A stretch of DNA of 63,738 nt, the filler included, from Thraustochytrium aureum (lineage: Eukaryota), in assembly GCA_012862495.1 (NCBI GenBank). It is 6 parts of 6 records of this genome, joined end to end, with 100 filler letters (N's around TTAATTAATTAA, not from the genome) between each part and the next. Parts side by side here need not be neighbours in the genome. Positions count along the whole stretch, not along the records: positions 8,959 to 25,141 come from BLSG01000044.1; 5 more parts are not named here. The stretch is one strand, 5' to 3'. The notes under the pieces are model-generated. The model saw nothing but the letters and a program-made list of their open reading frames with translations, was not told the origin of the DNA and did no database searches. The number at the start of each line of letters is the position of its first letter. The first letter of the stretch is position 1. Shown here piece by piece: positions 10,022 to 21,520 of this stretch. A program made the translations under genes and the position numbers.

Positions 10022-11453
10022 ATGGCGCGCGGCTGGGTGAAAAATCGGGTGCGGGCGGCAGGCTCGGCGGCGATTACGGTGGTTTTGTGGGCGTGTGCCT
10101 TCCAACGGGCCCGCGCGCTGGAGGGCGCACCGGCACTCGGGACGGCACACCCCGCCATGGGCAAGGTTGCGGTACCGCGCGGGGAGATCGACGGGTGCCT
10201 CACGTTTGAGCAGTCGGAATCGTATCTGCGCCGGGTCGCGGAGGCGTACGAGGCAGTGGTCAAGCTCGAGGTCGTGGGCACCTCGGTGGAGGGCAACCCG
10301 TTGACCGCGCTGTGCGTCGGGTACGCGTGCTTTGACGAACGCAACGTGCCCGAGTCGTTCCAGAACGGAATGCACCACTCGAGAGAGTGCCTCTCGATGA
10401 TGACGCTCCACTATGGCCTAAACGCCATCCTCGAAGGTCTTGACTCAAGCAAGCCGTGGGCCCTCCACCTCCTTGAGACGCGAAAGATCTGGATGCTCCC
10501 CATCGTCAACCCCGACGGATACCTTTGGAACGAGCGCAAGTTCCCCGGCGGGTTTGGCATGCAGCGCAAGAACAGGCGCCAGGGCGAGTGCCCNNNNNNN
10601 NNNNNNNNNNNNNNNNNNNNNNNNNNNNNNNNNNNNNNNNNNNNNNNNNNNNNNNNNNNNNNNNNNNNNNNNNNNNNNNNNNNNNNNNNNNNNNNNNNNN
10701 NNNNNNNNNNNNNNNNNNNNNNNNNNNNNNNNNNNNNNNNNNNNNNNNNNNNNNNNNNNNNNNNNNNNNNNNNNNNNNNNNNNNNNNNNNNNNNNNNNNN
10801 NNNNNNNNNNNNNNNNNNNNNNNNNNNNNNNNNNNNNNNNNNNNNNNNNNNNNNNNNNNNNNAACGCGGGGATCTGGCACTCTGCTGGCGCTGTGACAGT
10901 CTCCACGAGGGCCGGTGGCGTCCAGGCTAGGCGGAGCTGGGCCTTGTCCCGGCCAAGTTCGGCGCGGCCGTTTGCGCGGCTCGAGCTCCCCTTGGCGGCT
11001 TTGCTCGACGCAACGTCTAGCGGCGTGGGACTGCTGCTCAGCGTGTCAGACGGCGCTTCGTGCGGCGTCTTTGCGATTCGCGACGAGCACGTCTCGCCGC
11101 TCCGCAAGCCGGCCCCCGCGCCTGTCAACGTGCCCATGAACTACACTGTGTACCAGGACAGATTCGCGCCCGACTCGCAGGTTTGCACGTTTTGGCAGAG
11201 GGCCGACCCTGTCGAGCTGCCGCCTGGTAGCGAGAATAGGCCGCCGCAAGCAACGTCGGGCGAGGCCGACTGGTTCAGTCGCCTCAGTGTCGGCCTGTAC
11301 ACTAGCCCGTGGCTCCTCGCGGTGCCATTGGTTGTCTTGTCAATCGGCTGCTCGGTGTGCCTCTTGCGCCTCAAGAAGGGCGACGATGCTGCCTATGACA
11401 AGATTGCAGACGATGCTGGCACAAGGGTGGATGATGAGGGCGACGATGTGTAG
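10022..11453 (+). CDS. Zinc carboxypeptidase, M14 family (carboxypeptidase T-like), with C-terminal TM helix; internal gap
   Basis: GTSVEGNPL, GMHHSRE (HxxE Zn ligands), WMLPIVNPDGY, QRKNRR; N-terminal hydrophobic segment; TM helix WLLAVPLVVLSIGCSVCLL after the gap. Confidence 0.88.
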
Positions 11454-11516
11454 CAAGCCTGTTGTGCTGCGCGGTTGGGCGGTGAAGGAATAGGGATGTT
11501 TTTTTAATTATAAATC

Positions 11517-14500
11517 CTAGTGCGAGCCGAATCCGCGAGCAGCGCCTCGGCGTGGCAGGTTGGACTTGTACTGCTTGGAGAGCGCTGCCGCTTGCATATC
11601 TTGGAGGTCGCGATCAAGCAGAGCTGCGTTCCTCTGCTTCAACTTGGGCTTCGAAGTCACGTCCGTCTCCACCTTGAGCCTGCGGGTGACTCGGCGGACG
11701 CGGCTCGTCGCAATGTCGCGAAGTCGGTGGTGGATCTCCGGAAAGTCCTTGAGCGCCGACAGAAGCTCCTCTCGATACAGCACATACAGGATCGAGACAC
11801 AGGTGGAGCGCGCACTGGCTGTCCTGCGCACTGGCAGGAGCATAGCAACCTCGCCAAAGAAGCAGCCGTCTGAGATGTTGGCGATAACTGTGATCTCCGC
11901 CCGCGCTTGCGAGAACTGGGACGACGACATCACCGAATTGGTCCGTCCGTTTTTCTTCGCACCGAAAATCCTGTTTTGGCCCTGGCGCCCTTTGGGCGTT
12001 GCGCTGGGAGCATGCCCAGACCCCGACCGCGACCCGACACGGCCGTCCAGCGACTCTTCGGGGACTTCTTCGACAAAGATTTGCACCTTGCCCGAGGAAA
12101 TAAAGAACATGCAGTCGCCCGTCGTGCCCTCCTCGATGATGGTATCGTTTTCGAAGGCGACCATGGGATTGAGGCACATCGCGAGCGAAGAAATAAACCC
12201 GTTCCCGCTGTCTCGAAAGAACGGCACTTTGAGGAAGAGCTCACGCGAGGTGAAAATCATGATCTCGCGCCTTAGCGCCGGGCTCAGGTCCTTCATGATG
12301 GACTCTTCATTGAACACCTTGCCCTCCGTGTACCGCAACGCGAAATAGTCGCGAACCTTGTCGCGGAGCTGCGGCGGCAGGCCCTTGGACCGCATGTACT
12401 CGTTGAGCTGTTGCGCCTTCTCCTGGTACAGCCGCGAGGCAAAGTTCATGCTGAAGATGATGGACGAGATACTCGAGATCATGATGGCGTAGAACAGCGA
12501 CCCAGTGTACATGCAGACCAGCGTCACCCACATCTCAAAGGCGCACCAGTCGTCCTCGAGGTCTTGGCAAGTCATGTTGGTGATCGGCGGCGACTCGTAG
12601 CCGACGCCAATCATCTGCGCCAGGGCTTTGTAGAACGCCCAAGTGTACTGTTGGCGAACCCCCATTTGGTCGATCTTTGCCTGCACGACCCAGCTCGAGT
12701 CGGGAAAGTCCATGAGCCGACAAACCATGAACTGGATACAGCCGATCCAGTGCGCAAGAATAAGTAAAAGCATCCCCAGCTTGCCCATGCGGACCGTGCT
12801 CTCGTGCACTCGCCAGCGCAGCCTGGTCTCGAGAAATCGCCGCCATAGTTGCAGGTACTTTGCAGCGCGCCCAACGCGGAGGAGCCGGAAAAGCTTGGTT
12901 ATGCGGATGAGGCGAAAGAGCTTGAGGCTCTTGGCGCTCCGCGTAAAGGGATCTGTGCTCGCGTCGGCGTTAAAGTGCGAGATCACAAGGTCAATCGGTA
13001 CCGAGCTCAAGAGGTCGGGGACAAACCAGGTAGTTGCGTAGTGGGTTACGATCCACCAGCGCGACATCCGGATGATCCCGTCCTCGTCCACGTACCCGGT
13101 TCGAAAGTTCTTGAGGATGTCGAGGAGGAAGATGATGTCTACGCCGAGGTTGAATGAATATATTGCCTCGTTGATCTCCTCGAACGCCATCGTCAGCGGC
13201 AACGTGAGGACGGTCACCAGGAGGATTGCTGAGATGCACAGGTCCCACGCAACGTGCAGCGTACTTTGTGGGTGGATGACGTATTTGCTCTCCAGCTCGA
13301 GGAGCTCGAGCTCGTCGTAGACGTTTGCCAATGAGCTCTGCTTGGTCTTCATGGACTGAATCTGCTTGCTGATGCCGCTGATCCCTTGGAACCGCGCAAA
13401 ATCGAACAGATTTGCCATCGTGATGCCTTGTATGTGGTTTTGGCTCACGTTGAGAGAACCGACCACTTTGTGGTACCACTCGGCAAGCTCCACGAAGCTC
13501 ACGCCGCCGTTCAGGTCGTCGTCCACTTCCTCGAAGAAGCGCTTGATGTCGTCGTCCGACACGTCCGAGCCGAGCTCTAGCTGCAGGTACATGCCAAGCT
13601 CGCTGCTGTCGATCTCTCCGGACCCATCGCGGTCGTACCGCGTGAAGCTGGCCCACAGCTCGGGGTAGAGCTTTTTCATCTTGTCTTGGCGCTCTTTCAG
13701 CTCAAGCTCCAAGTGCGCCTCTGGGTTTACTGCGCGATCCTCGTACTGCTGCTTGCGCAGCGCAGTCTTGCTCGTCTGCACGCGATTGATGCTCTTCAGG
13801 TCCTCGATGAGCGACGACTGGGACCCAAGCAAAGCGCTAACAGGTGCCACGCTGACCTTTTTCTCGCCGGCGCCCAAAATGGAGAGACGCGGCAGCTTTT
13901 GCGTCGCGCGTTTGATCATGGACATCGCCCGACCGTCCGGCTTGGCGGCTCTGACTGCAGCTTGCTCGTTGGCCTCTCGGATCGCCTTCTCCGCCCCGAC
14001 CTTTCGGGCGCGGTCGGTGTCGACGCCGGCCTCGCGCATTGCAGCCGCCCTCTCGAAGATCGAGTTTCTCCGCATCATCTCCCGCTCCTCGAAGGACAGC
14101 GCTGTGGCCCTTCGTCGCTGGTTGGAGAGCTCGACGAGGGTTGCTTGCAAGGCGCGATCTTCTCTCGCCCTCCTCTCTTGCTCGTGCGGCGCCGGCGTGA
14201 TCTGCGGCAATTCATTGCGTCCGATGATTGGCGGCAGCGCAGGTCTGCTAGCTGCGCCTGTCGCGCCCGCGAGATAGGCAAAGGTGCTTTGGTTGCTCGC
14301 GAGCGCTTTTAAGAGCTGTGCGACCACGCGTTGGGTGCTCTGCTCGTCCAGCCTGAGCACGCCGCTGCAACATGAGCTGTCGGCGCCCGCGCCCTGGCCG
14401 TCTGTCTCAGCTCGGCGCCCTTTCGCCTGCTCCTCGTACTCTGTCCCGCTGCTGTCACAGCTCGCCGTTTCCAGCAAATCGAGCGAGACACCAAGTGACT

Positions 14501-14591
14501 GCGCAGGCGTGTTGAGCTGCTCCGACTCAAACTCTGCTCTACTCCTCCGCTTCCCGGCGCCAGGCGAGTTGGCCCTGCTTGGGCTCGACAT
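11517..14591 (-). CDS. HCN/CNG-like cyclic-nucleotide-gated cation channel with an N-terminal EF-hand pair
   Basis: EF hands DRDGSGEIDSSE and DDDLNGGVSFVE; YVIHP...WD, FRTGY, Arg/Lys-rich S4 (LKLFRLIRITKLFRLLRV), HWIGC, pore KALAQMIGVGYE, C-linker, CNBD FFGEVAML...RRTAS. Confidence 0.93.
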   Translation of the reverse strand: MSSPSRANSPGAGKRRSRAEFESEQLNTPAQSLGVSLDLLETASCDSSGTEYEEQAKGRRAETDGQGAGADSSCCSGVLRLDEQSTQRVVAQLLKALASNQSTFAYLAGATGAASRPALPPIIGRNELPQITPAPHEQERRAREDRALQATLVELSNQRRRATALSFEEREMMRRNSIFERAAAMREAGVDTDRARKVGAEKAIREANEQAAVRAAKPDGRAMSMIKRATQKLPRLSILGAGEKKVSVAPVSALLGSQSSLIEDLKSINRVQTSKTALRKQQYEDRAVNPEAHLELELKERQDKMKKLYPELWASFTRYDRDGSGEIDSSELGMYLQLELGSDVSDDDIKRFFEEVDDDLNGGVSFVELAEWYHKVVGSLNVSQNHIQGITMANLFDFARFQGISGISKQIQSMKTKQSSLANVYDELELLELESKYVIHPQSTLHVAWDLCISAILLVTVLTLPLTMAFEEINEAIYSFNLGVDIIFLLDILKNFRTGYVDEDGIIRMSRWWIVTHYATTWFVPDLLSSVPIDLVISHFNADASTDPFTRSAKSLKLFRLIRITKLFRLLRVGRAAKYLQLWRRFLETRLRWRVHESTVRMGKLGMLLLILAHWIGCIQFMVCRLMDFPDSSWVVQAKIDQMGVRQQYTWAFYKALAQMIGVGYESPPITNMTCQDLEDDWCAFEMWVTLVCMYTGSLFYAIMISSISSIIFSMNFASRLYQEKAQQLNEYMRSKGLPPQLRDKVRDYFALRYTEGKVFNEESIMKDLSPALRREIMIFTSRELFLKVPFFRDSGNGFISSLAMCLNPMVAFENDTIIEEGTTGDCMFFISSGKVQIFVEEVPEESLDGRVGSRSGSGHAPSATPKGRQGQNRIFGAKKNGRTNSVMSSSQFSQARAEITVIANISDGCFFGEVAMLLPVRRTASARSTCVSILYVLYREELLSALKDFPEIHHRLRDIATSRVRRVTRRLKVETDVTSKPKLKQRNAALLDRDLQDMQAAALSKQYKSNLPRRGAARGFGSH

Positions 14592-16515
14592 CTCGCCTGC
14601 GCTCGGTTCTCCCGCGGCGCTCCTTCCCAGCCCCGCTCACGCATGCACGCCCTGACAGCCGGCTTTCGCCCACATCGACAAACTGCAGTGTGCGAGCGCC
14701 CAGGGAACTGGGCCTTGTGCCAGGCGCAGCGCTGCGCGTTCGCAAGCAATCTCACCCCTGTTAGACCCTGGGAAGCTCTGCAACGCTTTGNNNNNNNNNN
14801 NNNNNNNNNNNNNNNNNNNNNNNNNNNNNNNNNNNNNNNNNNNNNNNNNNNNNNNNNNNNNNNNNNNNNNNNNNNNNNNNNNNNNNNNNNNNNNNNNNNN
14901 NNNNNNNNNNNNNNNNNNNNNNNNNNNNNNNNNNNNNNNNNNNNNNNNNNNNNNNNNNNNNNNNNNNNNNNNNNNNNNNNNNNNNNNNNNNNNNNNNNNN
15001 NNNNNNNNNNNNNNNNNNNNNNNNNNNNNNNNNNNNNNNNNNNNNNNNNNNNNNNNNNNNNNNNNNNNNNNNNNNNNNNNNNNNNNNNNNNNNNNNNNNN
15101 NNNNNNNNNNNNNNNNNNNNNNNNNNNNNNNNNNNNNNNNNNNNNNNNNNNNNNNNNNNNNNNNNNNNNNNNNNNNNNNNNNNNNNNNNNNNNNNNNNNN
15201 NNNNNNNNNNNNNNNNNNNNNNNNNNNNNNNNNNNNNNNNNNNNNNNNNNNNNNNNNNNNNNNNNNNNNNNNNNNNNNNNNNNNNNNNNNNNNNNNNNNN
15301 NNNNNNNNNNNNNNNNNNNNNNNNNNNNNNNNNNNNNNNNNNNNNNNNNNNNNNNNNNNNNNNNNNNNNNNNNNNNNNNNNNNNNNNNNNNNNNNNNNNN
15401 NNNNNNNNNNNNNNNNNNNNNNNCGAAGCACGTCTACCGCACGGTCAGGTCCTGGAAGGTCCTCTCGCGTCCTGCAGCGCCGTGCCGCGATGGAGGCCGC
15501 CGTCCTTGCTGCTCTGCGTCTTCCTTCCTGACGCGCCATACCGGTCATCTCCGCGCCCCCCTTTTTCCTCGCTTTAAAACCTCCCGAAATATACACTTTA
15601 CATTATACACCGATATTACCGACAGGCGTCCTTGGGGGGCACACGGCTACGCTGTGACGCAATTGGGGGTAGAGTTACGTACATACGCTCGCTCGCTTGG
15701 GGTGAAAGGGGGGTGAAAGGGGCGTGAAGTGACGCGATGGGCCCACTCGTGATGGCTGCAGCTTGTTTGTACAAGGTATTCAAGAGTCACCCGCTGCCCC
15801 TCATGGCCCCAGTCCCTGTGAGGAACGGATGTAACTCTTGAACAAGTGCACGTAACTCTTGAATGGTAGCACGGAGCGAGCAGTGAGGGGCACCCCTCTG
15901 AAACCGCCTTTCCGAGTGTGGCACTTGTCGGGCTGCCTTGCACTCTTGAACAGGATCGGCCAATTCCCCGCCTCTCGGCAAAACAAACGAGAGCGAGAGG
16001 AGTCAAGGCCTCCATCCCCCTCTATAAAGCAAGGTTTCCTTCACTAACGGACAATCCGAAACAGTCTCGGTGAATCTTCGCAAGTGTGAATAGCGACTTT
16101 CTTCCTGCTTTCCTCCTCACAAGGAGTACCCACCCACCTAGAGTACTTAGAGGTATACCTTTCCATTGAGTGAGTGTGGCAGGACACACGTGCTGTTGGC
16201 GAAGCAGAGCAGCAGCGCAGAGCAGCACGGAGCAGAGCAGGGCAGAGCAGCGCAGGACAGGGCAGAGCAGAGCGGCGAAGCGCGGCGCGGCGCCGGTCGA
16301 GCGGCCGCAGGCGTCTCCCTGCGAGCCCGCCGGAGCCCGGGCTCGCTGATCCTGGTTTGGCGGATTTTGCTGTCGTTTTCCTGGATTCTGCCACTCCAGC
16401 CAGGCCTCGTCAAGCGCGCGCGAGCCTGACTGACGGGGCTGACTGACGCTCGCGCGCGGCGCGGAGCGGCAGCGCGCGCCTGCCGCGAGCGGATGGGGCC
16501 GCGGGCAAGGCTGGG

Positions 16516-18390
16516 ATGGCCAACGGGAGGCACGAGGAAGCGGCCGCGGACGATGGGCAAGTCTCGACGGGAAAGCCCAGAGTGCTGGCCAAGCACAGTG
16601 TGTCATTCTCCGCGTATGAGCTCAAGAAAGAACGCGGAAATGTGGGGAATTCCGCAGACAAGGCCAAGACGCCAAGCCTGGCCAAATTTCTGTCGTCGCC
16701 GCCGAAATACGATGCCAACTTCACCGTCGGAACACCAGACCCAAAGTTTGTCATCGAGTCCAAGCTGTACCAGGCGAAACTGAGGCGCGAGCAGGAGAGC
16801 AGAGACGCGCAGCTCCGGGAGCGGGGCAAAGTGGAGGACACGGAAATCGTCGAGTCAGAGGTGGAGGCCAGCAGTCAAGGCGATGCTCGCCGTCTGGGAG
16901 CAGCTGCCAAAAGCCAAGCCGCTGCCGCCGCGGCCGACCAAAGCGGCAAATGCCAGTCCGGCGGCGGGCAAGCCCAAGCCTCCGGCCGGCGACAATCCAG
17001 AGACAAGCGGGCCGAGCTCGGCCAAAATCGCTGAAGGAAAACAGCGACGGTCGAAGCAAGCAAGTGACTCTCAGCGCCAGCCAGGCGGCGGCGCATCGGC
17101 CTCACTGATCAGCTCCCGGAAGAGCAAATCGCCCAGAGAGGGTCCTCCTGCCGAAGCCGCCCCACAGTCGGAGTCGCTAGGTCGAACCTCTTCGTGGTGG
17201 TCGCTCTTGTCCTACGTCACCGGCTTCGGGAGCCAGGAGGAAGGGGAGAAGGATGACCAGAGCGGCGCCACTGACTCTCGCGCCGGCCCTGAACCAACAA
17301 AAGACAAGCCAAGGGACCCCCAAAAGACAAGCCTAAGGATTCCCGAAAGGGCAAGCCAGAGGAAGCCAAACGAGTTGAGCCCGACGAGGCGACTCGACCT
17401 GGACGCGCCAGATCCTCGCAAGACGCGAATGGGCTCACCAAGTCTTCGCGCTCAAAGAGCAGGAAAGGCTCCGTTTCCCTCGAATCCGAGTCGGTGGTCT
17501 CAGGACGATCGGCAACGTCCTTTACGACAGCCCGGTCGCAAAACAGCGAGCGGCGTGACAAGGGCGTCTCGCAACGATCTGGCAAAGGTGACGGCCGAGC
17601 GTCGGGCCACGACGAAGAGCGGGACTTGCTCGAGACGAGCTCCTTCCGTACTGCCAAGTCGGGCAAGTCCAAGTCTTCCTCCAAGACAGCCAGGAGCTAC
17701 AAAACAACTCGCACGTCCGCGACGGACAAGTCTGCGTCACGGCGCACGAGGCGGGCGAGCAGCGCGGAAGACGCCTTCCTTGATGGTTTTGAGACCGGGT
17801 CGTTCATTACCGTCGCGAGCGTGCTCACGCGCCAGTCTCACGACAGCCGCAAGCTGCCATCTTCGAAAGCGGCAATTCGGCGTGCGGCGAGCTACTCGAT
17901 CGACTCGACAAACACGGTTGATGATGACCTCCTTGACAAGAGCTCCCTCTTTGCCATTGGCTCAGCGTCCGGGAAGCGCGAAAGGCGCCGCATGCGCAAG
18001 ACGCGCGACTCTCTCGACTCGCTCGACGAGCTGGTCAAGGCGGCCGCGGTCGGCGTCGCCAAAGTGACCAACAAGTCCTCGAGCGCGGCGTCATCCAGCA
18101 GAATGCGCCTCCTCCCGGTCGAGGACGATGACTTTGCCTCTGTCAAGACGAGCCGGAGCGGGAGGAGCGGCAAGAGCTCCAAGAGCGGCAAGTCGTCACG
18201 ACCTACGAGAGGCCGTAGCGCCGTCCGCGGCGGCTCCGTTGACGCCCTCGACGGCGAGATCCTCAAGTTGACCAAGGGCACAAAGTTGCGCTCAAAGCGC
18301 TCGCGGCAGCCCCAGGCCCCCAAACGCCTTGCGAGCGACTCGCTCGACACCCTCGACGGGGAATTGCTTGAGCTGCTTCCAGCTGCGTGA
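16516..18390 (+). CDS. Hypothetical Ser/Lys/Arg-rich low-complexity protein (split across frames)
   Basis: Overlapping ORFs 16516-17034, 16883- and 17494-18390 with similar composition; repeated SLD(S/T)LDxEL motif in the last part. Confidence 0.5.
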
Positions 18391-18554
18391 TCTACAATAC
18401 AGGAGATCGGCTCGACGAAGGGGCGCAAAGACAATTAGTTTGATGAACAGTTACTTTTTTTAATTAAAATACCTTGCGTAGGCCTACTCTTTTGCTGGCT
18501 GACGCACCACTGGCCGGCTCAGCCGGGCCGCGGCAAGCCAAAGGCAACCCCGAC

Positions 18555-20580
18555 TCACAGCAAAACCTGGCGCTGCTCGCAGTCGAACGCGAGTACGCGC
18601 AGCACCGCGGCTGCAAGAGCCACATGGTCCACTGCAAGCGACGCGTAGCGCGCAAAAACCTGCGCCACAGCTTCCTGCCTGGCGCGGGAGATGTAAAGCC
18701 CAGGCCGGAGGCGCCGCGCGTCCAGGATAATCGCGCTGGCCATGCGCGGCGGCAGCGTTGGAGCATCTATATTGTTCCCGCGCAGGTCGAGAGTGCGCAA
18801 GGTGTTGTTCATTGCGAGGCCGTCGAGCAGCACGCTCAGGGGCGCCAGCACTTGGCGGCCCTCGTGCTTGCGGCGTGCCGGGAGCGGCTTTGAAGGCGCG
18901 CAGAGTGCCAAATCGCGCAAACCGAAGACGCGAAGGGAGCGAGTCGCCGCGAGCATTTCCGCGATTGCATGCACGCATGCAAGTGCCTCCTCCGGTGTGG
19001 CGGCGCGAAGGCGGTTCCCGGACAAGTCCAAGTCTGCCAGGCGGTACAGCCGACCGAGTCCGCCAACCGCTGTCGCGATGCTAGCCAGCCCGGCGTGCGA
19101 AAACCCAACATTTGCGAGCCCAAGGGATCTAATCCCTCGGTTGGCCTTGAGAATCCGCGCCAGGACCAGCACCCCACCGTCTTCTATCCTGTTGCCGTCG
19201 AGGCTGAGCTCCTGGAGCCCGCGGTGAAGCGCCAGGCTTGACTCGAGGACCCCTATGGAGCTGGCGCTCAAGTGGTTGCCCGCGAGGCACAACTTGCGCA
19301 GCCCGACGCACGAGCAGATCATATGCGATAGGGAAAAGGCACTCCGGTGCGTAAGCTTGTTGAACGAGAGGTCGACGTCGACAAGCGAGCTTTTAGGGAC
19401 GGAGAACCCGTGACCTGAGACAAACGCCTGGAATACTGTGTCGCCCAGCCCGTTGCGCGACAAACTGAACGCCTCAAGGAGGGGCAGCGTTTTTATAGAG
19501 CTCGAGAGCAGCACCGCGACTTGGGCGAGCTCTTCGTAGACAGGCCTGCCGGCGTCGTCCATGCGCTCCCAGCGACCGCGAGCGATCCAGTTCCCGGAGA
19601 GGTCCAGCCGTCGGAGCTTCTGGCACCCAGCTTTCACAGCCCTCAGCAGTGGCTCGAGATCCCCGGCAACCAGACCGCACTGCGGTACGCCAAAGTCTAA
19701 TAGCTCTGTCTGGTGAACCAAGGGCCGCGGCCAGTGCTTCTACGGCAGACTGCTCGCCGCGCTTGGACCGGAGCCCGACCGAGCGGAACCGGAGCGTGCG
19801 CGCACTGGTGAAAACCTCGAGCGCTTTGAGCAGGCCCAGCCGCTGGCCGGCCCACGAGTCCCGAACCTCCAGCTCAAAGACGCTGTCAAAAGACTCGACC
19901 CTGTGAAGAAGCGTCTTGAGGGGCCCCCCGCTCATTGTGCGCGCAAGCTCTTTCAGCGCCGTCGCTTCAATAGTCCTCTGCTGGTTGCGCGCGAGGCGAG
20001 CGGCTGTCTCCTCTTCCTCTCGGATGCGCCGCTGCATCTCCTCGACGAGATTCCCCACGCGGACCGCTTCGTGCCGCGACCGAACCATGGATTGGATTTT
20101 GGTGGCAGCCGCGACGCGCTCGGCGTGGCGCGCGCGCCCTGCAGCTTGTCGCGATGCGCTCACAGCGACGTAGCGCTCGATCAGGTCGTTGCGCATCTTC
20201 TCTTTGTATTGCAGCGCGTTCGCGCGCGTGCTTGCCTCGCTAGCGAGCGCGAGACGCGGGATGAGCCCGACGCGGGGCAGCGTGCCGAGCTCGCTCCGCA
20301 AGTTCACGACCGGCGGCAGCTCCTCAGACTCCGGCGCTGCTGCGTGTCCGCTGCGAAGGCGTCGCATCTGCTCGGCCTGCAGCTTGTTCTGCAGCAGCTT
20401 TTGCCTGCCCCGCTTCATCTTGGCCGCCTTGGCCTTGTCCGCTATCTCGCGTCGCCTTGCCTCTTGCTTGTCGCGCGCCGCACGGAGCTGCATGATCTTG
20501 TGCTTGCTCTCAGCGCCATCGCGATGCGCTCCGCTCACGTCTTCCATCGGGCCGCGCATTGTCGCGGCGCCAATGGCCAT
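18555..20580 (-). CDS. IQ-motif plus RNI-like leucine-rich repeat protein (frameshift near 19720)
   Basis: IQ motif AATKIQSMVRSRHE and coiled coil, then LRRs (LRRLDLSGN, LQELSLDGNRIEDGG, LADLDLSGN, LRTLDLRGN); ORFs 19474-20580 and 18555-19721 overlap. Confidence 0.8.
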
Positions 20581-21520
20581 CCGGGACGCCAGGCCGGTTG
20601 CCCGTCTCGCGCGCGAAGGTGCACCAAGGACATTTGCACTCTACCCGAAGTCCGATGCTCAACGGATCTCTCGACCTCGACGGAGTGTGCACCTTTGTCT
20701 ACAGAGAGCGAACGACACGAACGCGCTCGCTGTCTGCTGCGGCGACCGTCCTCGTGAGAGGATGGCTCTCGACCGAGCGACAGAGACCCTGAGGCGCTGG
20801 GACGACCCGGGTCACGACCGAGATCCTTGTGGCGCTGGCTCTCGAGCTCCGTAGACTGCACAGGACGACGACGACGATGTTGTACTTAGCTAGCTCTAGA
20901 GTGCCAGTGCGCAATTCTGCTGTGGTTGTGACAACCGCCAGTGTGCAGTCCACGTGCACGAGCGCGCAGCATTGTTGGACACAACACTTGCAAGCAAAGG
21001 ACTTTGCAACCAGTTTGAAGTTGGACACAACTCGTGCAAGGAAAAGAAGGCCTGTGCCAGCCTCATCAGGGGTCATCAGGGGTGTTGGACTCGGAAAGGC
21101 TTGCAGAGTCTGCTCGGACTCGGAGGCGGGCGTCTTCAACTTGGAGACGTTGTTCTCTTTCAAGATCAATCAATCAAAAGTTGTTGCAGTTGCGTCGAGT
21201 CAAGGAAAGGCTTGCGGGCACATCAGCAGCATCTTGCGAGACCAATGCATCAGTCGACCTGAAGGGCGTCTGACACTGTTCAAATTGACAGTGATTAGGC
21301 CCAACTCGCGGGGGCTCGATCGCCGTCAGGTGATTTCGCTCGCAGTGCGACAGAAAGGCGGGCCTCCACGACGAGACCACGAGGTATCATGGGCTGCGGC
21401 GGTGGAACCTGTCCAGCAAACACGCATCAGTGGGCAGCCCGAGTGGAAAGTGAAACGACCTAAGGCGCTCGAGAACACCACCAGCTTGACAAGCAAAGCC
21501 GCGAGGGGTCACGAGGGAAG

